A DNA stretch of 64,000 nt from Lingula anatina (lineage: Eukaryota > Animalia > Brachiopoda): the NCBI GenBank assembly GCA_051362555.1, contig CM120647.1, positions 8,432,001 through 8,496,000 on the forward strand, written 5' to 3'. The position numbers and the translations under genes are program-made. Below, in pieces: positions 52,961 to 64,000 of the stretch. Each line of letters starts with the position of its first letter. Within the stretch, counting starts at the first letter, position 1. A model generated the notes under the pieces. That model did not search any database. It saw only the letters and a program-made list of their open reading frames with translations, and was not told the origin of the DNA.

Positions 52961-53660
52961 TCACGCACTTAAGAAGAAAAAAGTCCTAAACATGGAGGTC
53001 CCGCTGAATCGGCCTCAGATCTTCGAGCTAACGCTGCTTTCTGCACAGACAAATTTGACTGACAGCCACCGTATGAACATAAAACAATGCTCAAAGCAGA
53101 TTATCAACTCTCACTCACCTTTATATCGCTCGACTTGGCGTTTTTCTAAGTATAACTTCCAAATATTCGCAAACATGAATAAATCAAGACGTATACGCAC
53201 TGGTTCAGCTTCTCCGTCTTGAGTCACGCGGAGGCGAGCGGAGGATTAGACCAGTTACGAGGATCGAATTTCAAAGGACGCCGCTTTGAAAAGAATGCTG
53301 CGATCTGATTGGACGAGAGAGATAATTGATGTCCCGTTTCTACTCCTTCTCATTATAACTTCTTGGACAAAGGGAGTATGACACGTTCCTGTTTTATTGT
53401 ATGGCGAGTCGTGCTGATGCTGCCAAGGTCCTCCCACCGAGTTTACGCATGCCAACGGCCCTTGGCAACGAAAGCGGGGCATAGACCGAGCCACCGGTGC
53501 CGATGAGTGCAGCATCAAAATCCTCAGAAAAAAACATTATTTTGTTCAAAGTGTAAAAATGTTATTCCGTTAAACGTGAGATACACATTTAACCAATAAT
53601 TAGACATAAAAAAAAAACCAAAACGATGATTTTTTGGCGTATTTGGGTACATCCACCCCT

Positions 53661-53888
53661 TAATATGTCGAAAACAATATTCATTGTGTTTAGAAAAGGT
53701 GGATATTTAGTAAAGTATGAAAAGTGGAAATATACAGGGAAAAGAATGAAACTAAATCACAATATAAATACCTGGATGTAACATTAACAACAAAAGGTGT
53801 TTGGACAAAAACACAAAAATATTTGGCTGATCAAGCAACAAAAGCAATATTTATTTTAAGGAAACGCATGCTTAGGTATGGTGACACT
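53661..53888 (+). mobile_element. Non-LTR retrotransposon (LINE) reverse-transcriptase C-terminal fragment, frameshifted
   Basis: NMSKTIFIVFRKGGYLVKYEKW then, after a shift, SQYKYLDVTLTTKGVWTKTQKYLADQATKAIF; resembles the N.xKTK.mvF..YKYLG motif of L2/CR1/RTE-X RTs. Confidence 0.75.
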
Positions 53889-55268
53889 GATGTTAGTGTG
53901 TCTACATTAGGAAATTGTTGTCCACAGTTGTCAACACAAAGTACACCAGACAAACATGAAAACCTTCCAAGCAATGGAGATGTTAAAGTTAGGGAAGTAA
54001 ATATCATGACTAAAAGTTAGGCAGGGAAGACACTGTGTCAAAGTTAGCCGAAGAACACAAAATGAATGAATCAGGCAGTAAAGATACCATAGAAATAGCA
54101 TGTTTAATCACCTTGAAGAAACTTGTTAATATCTAATACATTTGCACTATAAACCCGATCATTACTGTAATGGAAATTATAATTACTAAATTCAATGTTG
54201 TTTTTTTCTTGTTTTTCATTGAAATTTTCCTCCAATTTATCCCAATTCAAGTCTTTCTGACTACAAATTCAAGTGCTTTTGATTGCCATTGCCACACGCA
54301 AACGTTTTCTTACAATTGTCATAGTGGAAGAGTTTGATACAGTGATAATGTGACTATAATGTGACTATGAACTTTTCTGTTCAAGCCAAATGTTTTGAAT
54401 GCTTGTGCTAAAATCTAAGTATTATTTCCCACGTTTCGTGTGCAAGCTTCTTATGAACCGTTTTAATACAGTTCTAAATTTTGCACAAAACGTCCATGTA
54501 CCAAGAAATGCCAACTGCAACTCATTTGTTGAATTATTTCTTTTTCTGCATTTTCCTTCCGCTTCTTAAACACACCACAACATTCATCAGCAAAAGGTAG
54601 AGTATTCACATGAAATCGGCAAGAAAAAGAAAGAACATCACTTTTTTGTACCTTTGTAAGCCTCAGGAAAACATGAGGTTGTCAACATCATATCAAAGAG
54701 CTAATGACCATTGTTACACTTCCAGATATGATTTTGTCTAAGTTTTAATATTGTAAGTCCAGAGATACAATTTAGAATATGTGTGCGTATGTGTATTATA
54801 AATTAGAGGTGTAGACCAGTCATTACAATAGAAAAGCTACACAAAATTGTACGGCAACCACACATTCTTCTGTGCCAAATAAAATGAATAAAAAAATTAC
54901 CACATTAAGATACATTCAGAAGTACTCAACTCTGGGTTTAACAACTTATTATTTCTAGGGCACTGGCACTTTCGTTAAAAAATCTGATCTTCAAACTTTC
55001 ATTTAGAAAAACTTATTCGTTTTTTTAATCAATGTTTGTATTATATGAAATATCACATTAATATATATCACACATATTTATCTTTTACTTGCTTTAATAC
55101 AAGCTGCTTTTTGGCTGCAAATGTGATTTGACAATTAAAAGAAAACCTCTTGACATTGAAAACTGAATTTCTCATCTATGATTTCCATGATCTGCATGAG
55201 GTGAAATGTTCTCTTTGCTGATTGGCTGTTGTGATGCTGGGGCTTTGACAGAATTCTACCTCGGTGAA

Positions 55269-55334
55269 CTAAGCACTGTTTCCATCAGTCGCACCTTTTT
55301 CCTCTTTTACATAGTCACACGGGAAGTACCCAGT
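55269..55334 (-). CDS. Terminal exon of SH3-domain protein (TGYFPCDYVKEEKGATDGNSA*)
   Basis: GxFPxxYV SH3 C-terminal motif; CAG acceptor; phase 0 continues the upstream exon; TAG at 55269-55271. Confidence 0.88.
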   Translation of the reverse strand, partial: TGYFPCDYVKEEKGATDGNSA

Positions 55335-55455
55335 CTGAAGTCAGACAACAAAGTTATGAAATCTTTTCACCAATCACTTATTAAATGAAAAAATAATCAA
55401 CTGAGTTACAATTTAAATTTGTTTGTGACAACTTTTTCTTTCCAATTAAGTCGCC

Positions 55456-55460
<5 letters not shown>

Positions 55461-55492
<32 letters not shown>
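55461..55492. repeat. (AC)n microsatellite
   Basis: Visible run in the intron between the SH3 exons. Confidence 0.9.
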
Positions 55493-55497
<5 letters not shown>

Positions 55498-55548
55498 CTA
55501 GAAACATTTTAAAGTTTAACAGGTAAAGGGGAAGTTTATCCAGCATAC

Positions 55549-55688
55549 CTTTCCTCTTAATTCACCTTTCCACCAGCCTCTGCTTTTTGCCTGCTTACTG
55601 ACAATCTTGATCCTGTCCCCTTCAGTAAGGGAAATTTGATTGGTTTCTGTTGCAGCGTACTCAAATATGGCCACGGCATAACCCAAGT
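55549..55688 (-). CDS. SH3-domain exon, most like the C-terminal SH3 of Vav-family GEFs
   Basis: LGYAVAIFEYAATETNQISLTEGDRIKIVSKQAKSRGWWKGELRGK; CAG acceptor, AAG|GTATGC donor; phase 1 in; the Vav assignment is from remembered similarity only. Confidence 0.88.
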
Positions 55689-55900
55689 CTGGCAGAATAA
55701 GGAATAGATAAATAAATAAAGATAAGTGCTGCATAAGTATGCAGAAAACAAGGCAGCAAAGCTGTCAAATGTACAGACAAAAAAAAAATTAGAAAATAAA
55801 GATGCAGAAAATAGGTCATTTTGTCAATTTTGATGCAATAATAAATAATGCAGTCAATCAACAGTGCATTTTAATCATGAACAACAGATAGTTCATGGCC

Positions 55901-57735
55901 AACTAGAGGATTAGAGAGGCAATATCACCTCCGGGTATTGTACCACCAGCTAGAGTAAGCGCATTTGTATGTTAAAGCAAAAAAGGACATCACCTCTAGT
56001 GTTGGGCTTGACAAGATCTACAAAATGCAGTCTAGAGTTTTAAATACTTTTATTGAAAATTACAATTTAAAACAAAATCATGTGGAAGAGAAAGTTTAAA
56101 TCGAAATTTGTGAAGTGCGATTCATGGCAAAAAGAAGGTCAAGGTCAATTTGAAGGTCACAGTTAGATTGCCAGTATATATCTTCCTATTCAACTTTAAA
56201 GTAACTATGAGAATATCTCTGTCAGTTTTGGAAATATAAGACATGCAAAGTTCCAAAGTTTGGTTCAAAGGTAGGCCAAAGGTCAACTATGAGGTCACAG
56301 ATTGTCAACATATTACTTCCTATTCAAGTTCAATAGTAACTATGGGCATGTTTCTGCCAGTTTTGGAGACACAAGGGACGGAAAACTTGCAAAGTTCAGT
56401 TCATGTGAAAGTAGGTCAAAGGTCAATTTTAAGGTCACAGACTGTCAGTATATGACTTCCTGTTCAAGTTCAATAGTAATTATTGCCATATCTATGCCAG
56501 TTTTAAAGGTATAAGCATCAAAAAGTTGCCAATTCTTACGACACAGATTGTCAGTATATGTCTTCCTTTTCAAATTCATTAGTAGGTATGGGCATATCTT
56601 TGTCGGTTTTGAAGGTATAAGCACTGAAAAAAATTGCAAAGCTTAGTTCATGGTAAAAATTAGGTCAAATGTCAATTTTAAAGTCACAGTTCGATTGCCA
56701 GTATGCGACTTCCTATTCAAGTTCAATAGTAACTATGGGCGTTTCCATTCCAGATTTGGAGATACATGTATAAGGGATAAAAAAAAGTTGCAATGTTCAG
56801 TTTATGGTGAAAGGTAGGTCAAATGTCAGTTTTAAGAACACAGATTTCTAGTATATAACTTTGTTTTCAACCTCAATAAGAACTGTATGGGCCTTTCTCT
56901 GCTAGTTTTGGAGATATAAAGGACTTAAATGTTGCAAAGTTTTGACCAGAAGTTGTCTGCCTTGCCAAGCCTTATGTTATTTTATCTTTTCCAGACGTTC
57001 AAAATTTTAAGCATATTACCGTATAGCACAATGTACTTTTTGATACAGCATCACTCAAAAACCGTATGGAAAACAAAAAATAAAAAAAACGGAGACCACC
57101 TATAGCGTTGGGGTTTACATGCTCTATTAAGTGCAAAAAAGGTGTCTCTAGCATTAAAGGTTCCGTAATTAGATAGAGTTTTCTGTTTCGGCATCTAATG
57201 GCCACTGCTCCCGTGGAAATGCACCATTGACCCATAAACTCACAGGGATATAGATGGCCTGATGCGTAACAACTGCCAATGATATTATAGGTAAGGTCTG
57301 TGTAGTTTCTGAATTATAGCGCAAATATTTTTTTTTCGTAAAAAATCCTTTTTTTTTCAAAGGAAATAAAGGCCAAAGATCAAATCCGAGGGCATATTTT
57401 AAATCTCCACATATGACTTGCGGGTAGCCGTCTATTGAAATTTTTTCCATAACTCCTTCGGTATGGTAGATAATTAGTATTTAATTTTGCCAATTTTGGA
57501 CAAGGCTGCATTGCAGTGAGTGTTTCACCTAGACTCCAGCTAGGACGAAGCCCAAATTTTACGTGGAGCGAGATGGGATTACAGTTGACCTAAATCCAAG
57601 ATATGGGTACGCAGGCCCTTGTAGTCTAGGAGGAGAAGCAGTAACGGCGACATGGCGGCAGAGCTGGCGGAGCCGGTGGAACGATCTGGACGGGACTAAA
57701 ACCATGTGTACTGCCAGCGCCTACGCTGGTGTAAC
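55901..57735 (-). mobile_element. HINE-like element copy 3, older and diverged
   Basis: AACTAGAGGATTAGAGAGGC..TGTACCACCAGC at the left end; degenerate AGGTCA units; TGTACTGCCAGCGCCTACGCTGGTG at the right end. Confidence 0.8.
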
Positions 57736-58364
57736 ACAGTTTTCTTTTCATAACATTTATTGTGGCAGTGCACTAAATAGTTTTTTATTTTTTTATTTAT
57801 TTTGTTTTTGTCAATTTTGATGCAATATTACATAATGATTAACTGTATAAATATCATAATTTTTTAAATTATTCACTATTAATGGACATGGAGATTAAGA
57901 AAATTTTATTACCACTATAGACTTCATGCCCATGGGAATTATGTCCCACATTGAAAATGCCAATATGTGAAAGATAAACTTTCACAAAAATGTACAACTA
58001 GAAAAGAAGCCAATTAGACTGATTTTCCAACTCAGGCTGTATTTTAGTTCTATGTTTCTTTCCTTTAAGTTTAAAAAGGGTGACATGTTTTTTTTTTCCT
58101 TTAATGGTCATATAAAAGCAGAGCCCATTACATTACAGCCAGTGGGACACTCAGTTCAAATTCTAATTGGTTTGCTCATGTGGAAGGGAGATACCTTGTG
58201 AGGCTTTAATTAAATACGTAACCTATACTATGACAATGGCCAGTATATCTTGTGACTCCATCTTATCTAAAGAAACCAGTGTCAGATGTAAATCACTATG
58301 TATATGCCTTATTATTGTTTTATGGAGACCTTGTAAATCACTTTGTATCTACCTTGCCTTTGAC

Positions 58365-58575
58365 CCCATTCCCACAGATTTTAGATCGATCTATCCCTGT
58401 GGGGAGTCTGACTAGATTACTGTCAGCTTGGCCAGCTTAAGCGCCTGTCCCGCCTACTAAAAGCTGTAAGGGAGTAATTAACTGTCATGCGCGCTCGGTT
58501 GACTGCAATTTAGCGTGAACCCCCAGGGAGTTAGGTCGATCCGGATGGACCGATCTAAATCTCTGGGAATGCACT
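58365..58575. mobile_element. Short MITE-like element
   Basis: ATTCCCACAGATTTTAGATCG / CGATCTAAATCTCTGGGAAT inverted ends. Confidence 0.55.
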
Positions 58576-60161
58576 CTTTGTTTTATGGGGACTGTAAATT
58601 ACTATATGTAGCTGCCTTTGTCTGTATTTTATTGTGTATATCCTGCATGTATTTCGTTATCATATAAATTGTACATATTCTCTGCTAAATTAATTAGATA
58701 GATACTGCTGGATAACAGGTAACTTGGCCAATAGAAACCAGGCAGGTCCTCAGTCAGTCACCCTCCTCCCAAGAGATTTTAAGGTCAAGGGTGCTCTGAA
58801 GAAGTCAGTACAGGGTTAGCTCTGGAGCAAGAAGGTTATCATTCACCTTGTAGAAGTTAAGCTTGGCTCCTCTGTACATTTATTAGGTAGCAGAAACAAA
58901 TCTGTGTAAAGTCAAAGTTGAGTTTGTTGAGTGAAGACGCCCCGTTCCTAGTATACGGCCGGATTCCCCCCATCCCCCCCCCCCCCCCCCGGACCATCTT
59001 ACATATATACTGAAAAAATTTTATAAAAATTTTTATAAAAGTGATCCGATCATTCTGATTTTCGAACTTAAACTGTGTATTGTGAATATTCATAAGTTCT
59101 GTAAGTTTTAAGGTAAAACGGTTTTTTGCTTATTGTGTTATCGGTGTTGCATATATGCTGAAAAAAGTGAAAAAAAACAGCATTATTTCCATAATAATGG
59201 CCTGATCATGCTGATTTTTTAACTTGTCCTGCGTATTATAAATATTCATCAGTTCTGTAAGTTTAAAGCCAAAGGGTAAAACGATTTTGTCCACATCTTG
59301 TTCTCGGTGGTGAAAGGTAATTTTTGTTCAGACACCTCTGTGTCTGTACATAAAATCTTTCATATTAGTGAGATTTATATAAGTATAAATGTAAACTATT
59401 ATACAATGAATATTCTTAAATTTTTAATGAAATTTATTCAAATATTATAAAATTTTAATATCTTAATAAAATAATAAATCACTGCCCCCCCCCCTCCCCC
59501 ACCTTCCACTCACTTTTTTTTTTTTTTTTTTTTTTTTTTGGCTTGGTCAAACTTCATGTGAATCTGTTATCAAATTGCAGATGTACAAAAAGTGGACCAT
59601 GTACCCCAAACCCTGGGAAAAGCCTTGATTGAACCATGTTAAGTCTGTAAAATCAGTCTTATATGCATCTTCAGGAGTTCACAAGTATGAAAAACCGACT
59701 TTTTATCTGAAATTAAATCCTCTGTATTTTCCGGGGTCACTTGACTGAATATCTTGGTAATAAATACATTACATGGGACAGGTGCTCATAAAAGTTAGTG
59801 TCTAGCCCTGCAAAAGGAAAAGGTCAGTTTTGCCATTATGGAAAACTGAATTTTCTTGATTATTTTGTGATGAGACTGACAGTAAAAAACGAGTAACTTT
59901 TTGGCAAGACCTGTCGAAGTTTATTTGCACCATTGTGTTCTAGGAAACAATCAGATAGATTTCATAAGTATGCCTATGGAGCGTTTGTAACAGGCGGGTC
60001 ATGCAACCGAGAGTCTGATTATGACAGTCACAGTGAATCAGACTTTTCCGATTTGGGTTCAGAGCATAACGTTTCAGATGCTGACAGTGAAGAATCTACT
60101 TGAATGAATTCACTTTGAGACTAAGAGTCCTTGTTTTCGTATCGTGCTTGCCTGCAATTTG

Positions 60162-60413
60162 GGCTTCGTTCACATGCAATGTCTATTTTCTATTTTCTAT
60201 TTTCTATTTTCGGTATGTCTTATGATCACGGTCTGTGCACTGAATATCCCGCGGCGTAATTACTGGCAGCGCGAGCCAGTTACTATAAGTTACTATAAGT
60301 AACTGGCTCGCGCTGCCAGTAATTACGCGGCGGGATATTCAGTGCACAGACCGTGATCATAAGACATACCGAAAATAGAAAATAGAAAATAGACATTGCA
60401 TGTGAACGAAGCC
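60162..60413. mobile_element. Fold-back (almost fully palindromic) Harbinger-like MITE
   Basis: GGCTTCGTTCACATG..CATGTGAACGAAGCC; 3-bp TTG TSD; ~120-bp near-perfect arms; central AGTTACTATA x2. Confidence 0.9.
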
Positions 60414-60535
60414 TTGGTTTAATCAGGTAATCTTCAAAAAAATTAGGACTGGCTACTTTAGGTCAGGGCTGGCATTTTTGAAAAGTGACCAGCCCTGCTG
60501 TCCGTCTTCAAATTCATACGAATTTCATACCCCTG

Positions 60536-60751
60536 GCATAACATTACAATTTTGAAGGGATGAAATGATTAAAAATGAATAAGTGTAGGTGTTTTTACCT
60601 TGCTCGACTACTGGTCCTCTTGTGGAGTCCATTGCGACTGTCAAGTTCCTACGTTGAGAGCGCAGTACAAGTTTTCTTCAAAGGATTTTGTCTGGTCACC
60701 TTCGAAATTCACTTTCCACGGTGGTGATGTCACCAAATATCACAAGCCTCA
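60536..60751 (-). repeat. ~215-bp duplicate of the TPD52 exon-1 region (44525-44739)
   Basis: Near-identical 5'UTR-side segment GTTGAGAGCGCAGTACAAGTTTTCTTCAAAGGATTTTGTCTGGTCACC..GTGGTGATGTCACCAAATAT, plus shared intron start. Confidence 0.92.
60599..60632 (-). CDS. Duplicated first coding exon MDSTRGPVVEQ (phase 1); partner exons uncertain
   Basis: ATG context and AAG|GTAAAA donor retained; 3-nt length difference from the 44588-44624 copy preserves the frame. Confidence 0.55.
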
Positions 60752-63700
60752 CGTGAATAAACCGTCCTGACGTATTATTAACGCGGGTGTAGCAGTCCGT
60801 GAATAATCCGTCGAGTCGCACTGGTCATTCTGCATACCTGGCCATTGTTCTCAGGTTCTATTAAGCAATTTGGAGGCACTGTACCGTAGCGATCCCCCTG
60901 TATAGATATATATCACACCTTACGTGGTTATTGTTCTCAAGATACAACAAGTAGGCCCTACCTCAGCAGTTATAAGAACCTAGATCACATTGTTCAAATT
61001 TTGTCCTTTGGTTCAAGTTTATCTGTTAGTGTCAGGTATAAATAATTGTGTTTAGCTACTACTGTACTTATGCATTTTTCTTTACTTTATGTAAAGAATA
61101 TTTTGGCCTGCCTTGCCGAAGTAGTTTACTGCGGTAAACGTAAGACAGCAACCGGATCCTTAAACAATTAAGACAGAGAGAACTATTAACCAACATACCT
61201 GGGTAGCCTTGCGAGTCCACAAATTTTTTATATTCAAGAAAATCTTTATAGAATTTTCAGTTGACTTCAATGCCAACTTCAGGGATATATTTAAAAAATA
61301 GGGATTTTAAGTTAAGAAATATTTATTGATACAGGCAAAGTCGCAATTAAATGTAATTTAAATGTTTTTCCATTCAAATTGAGACTTTTTGAGATCATGC
61401 ATATTTTATGATCATTTTTTGTCCACCAATTTAAAACTAGTCATTTCCTGTCCATTGCACATGAGCTTGTCATGTTTTTTGTAATCATTGCAGTATCAAA
61501 TCAACTTGTTCTCATATTTTACAGATAAAGAAACGGTATTATCCTCAGAAAAAAGCTTTTTTCTTGATGTTATATTAACTAACCTCTAAGGAGGCTCGGA
61601 GTGAAAGGATTAAAAACAAAAGTTATTAAAATTGCTCTGTACTGTTTTCAAAATATGATTTCAAGCAATCTTGGTAAAAGTTAGCAACCTTTGAAATTTT
61701 TTTATATTAAGTGTATTTACAAACCAGTACCCTCATTTAGCTATAGTTAATTTACTGTAAAGATCAAACTCTGTTTTAAGGTAATATTTCTCATTGCTAT
61801 ATCAAAATATGATGAATGAGAAATGTTCAATCGGTCGGAAGACGTTCAAAAATGGAGGATGGTAACAAAGATAATTTGGAAGACTATCAGAAAATATCTC
61901 TGGATCCTCCCCTGTTCATATATATATTTTAAAAAAGCTTCTCAGCAAAAGCAGATATCAAAGCAAGGGCAAAGGCCAAACCAAAGATAGACCAAACATC
62001 TTTTTGACACATGTTACAACATGAAAAAATGTGGACAAAATCAGAAAAAACAAAAATTCTTTTCAGCCATTCGAATGTTTTCATAAAAGTTATCTTAATT
62101 TTGCAAACAATTTTGTACAGTTTTTAACCTTGTTAAAACAATTTTTAGGATTTACATTTCAGAAAATGTTTTAGACTGTTATGTTTCCAGAAGACGTTTT
62201 TAAAACATCCTTAAATGTAATCGTAATATTTCTTCTTTTTTAATATTTTTTCAAGTTTATGATGGCACTATTTCCATAGATTTAGGTTCTAGATTTAGGT
62301 ATTGCCAAATCAATCTTGATTTCATATAGGCCCTATATCACACGTGACGTCAGCAATTCACCAGCACACGAACAATACGTTGTTTAGGTCAAGAAGTTAT
62401 AAGGTCCACTGAAGGCATGTAATAACCTCACTCATTTACGTATCATAATGATATAATCAGGCAGCATATTTTCACAAGCCCCTTTATTAGGTCCAAACCG
62501 TCATCATTTATGCACACTATCTACAGGAAATCTATCTGCATGCCACAGTGGCAGCAACTCATTTAAATACTAATTGCAATGCAACAGATAACAAGTGATC
62601 GAGAGCTTCTACTTATCAGTTATATCAGTTCTACTTATCAGGTATACCTTTACAGAGGATGATAAATATTCAAGACTGAAGCAATGTGAATAAATGCTGA
62701 AGGTTTGGACCTTATAAAGGAACTGAAGATGTGAGTTTGTGGTTATATTCCTTCTCCCATGCATCAGTGACAAGGGAAATATTAGAAGAACCTGGGTAGG
62801 GAGGAACATGGACCCCTACAACATGGTGCCTCGATCGATATGAAACCATACAGCTTTTGTGTTTTTAATATCCAAATACTTAAAAGATCAATAAAGCTAA
62901 AAAATAGGCGGAAGACAAGAACCTATTATATCGTAGCCTATCTTTTATATTAATTATTATTTAATATCACAATAATAAACGAGTCGCCTTTTGATGTATG
63001 CCTGGCTATGACCTCTATTAAAAATACCAATTTTTATGAGATTGCAAATTGTATCGTATTGCTTGGTTCTATTGCCTCGCTTTCAAAAATTAGAACAGGC
63101 GCTCCAAAATCATAAGAAGATAAAGATTTTATATTGGCCGAGTTTGCCCCAGGCCTACAATATCCTCGCAGCATTATCTGCAATTAACCTTCCTACGTTT
63201 TTAAAGATGCATACAAAGTCAATTTTTTGTCACAAAAACCAACTAAACGCCAGCATATAGTTTCAAGTAGTATAACTAAGAGAATGACCAAAACGCATTG
63301 TTTAATTTTACCCGAAAATGATGTTTGAATGGATTTTTCTGCTAGCATTCTATGCTGTATGTCGATTACGACCAAAATTTTTTAAAAGGAGCAGTCTTAA
63401 GCTATTTTATGGGTGATTGAGTGATCTATTCAGTTTATCCCTTGGCATGTTGAATTTATTTGAATCGTATATAAGTAACTAGTAGGCCTATATAGAAGTG
63501 GTTTAGGCCTACATGTTTTACTGCCCAGGAATCCACGCTTCACCAATGCTCGGTTCGTATGTAGGCTACCTTTAATGTATTTTGCAATATAATTTTCAGT
63601 CTTTATTAATCAAGAGTGGGGGAGGGGTGGTTCCAAAATCCCCTTGGGCCACACACACACACACACGCACGCACACACACACAACACTATAAATGCGAAG

Positions 63701-63927
63701 GGAACCCCCCCTTACAATAAAGACAAAATAATTAAATGTTAATGTAAGGGAAGTCCGATGGATTTGCTTTTTAATGCATACAATCAACAGAATATTTCCA
63801 ATATAATTTCTCAAAACAACACCACAAAGCAAATTAAATCAAATCAACAGGACGGTAAACACCGGCAGGTTTTATCAATTTCACCATTTGTTTATTTCAA
63901 ACCAGAGAAGTAGAGAAAGTACTTTTC

Positions 63928-63937
63928 GCGCATGCGC
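63928..63937. promoter_or_regulatory. NRF-1-type palindrome GCGCATGCGC, possible promoter at the window edge
   Basis: Exact motif in an otherwise CpG-poor context. Confidence 0.35.
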
Positions 63938-64000
63938 AGTAGTTTGAGTCCTATGCTCATTACACCTTTACCATTTTTAATTTTCTTTAAAACACTTCGA

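Noticed and set aside
62648-62722. 75-nt AG/GT-bounded segment as a possible upstream exon of the SH3 gene
   Set aside because: No SH2 or Vav-like motif in any frame; the clean frame ends in phase 0 while the SH3 exon needs phase 1

Overview
AT-rich, intron- and repeat-rich eukaryotic (animal, probably marine invertebrate) DNA; no prokaryotic features. The main gene is a TPD52/D54-family gene on the minus strand. It can be assembled by hand from 8 phase-consistent GT-AG exons (44624->16159, 233 aa), has a tandemly duplicated 60-nt cassette exon, and has several candidate alternative first exons. Upstream on the same strand lie two terminal exons encoding a Vav-like C-terminal SH3 domain (55269-55688). 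Further upstream is a diverged duplicate of TPD52 exon 1 (60599-60632) that would splice in frame onto those SH3 exons. The left part holds a decayed Tc1 transposon, an orphan TDP-43 exon, and a 3.4-kb unit with a canonical TATA/Inr promoter followed by tandem 52-nt repeats interleaved with at least 8 copies of one short intron. Three Helentron-type non-autonomous elements (HINE-like) carry ~146-bp satellite units with nuclear-receptor DR1 motifs. Several MITEs, a LINE fragment and microsatellites fill the rest. All calls come from manual reading, with no database searches.
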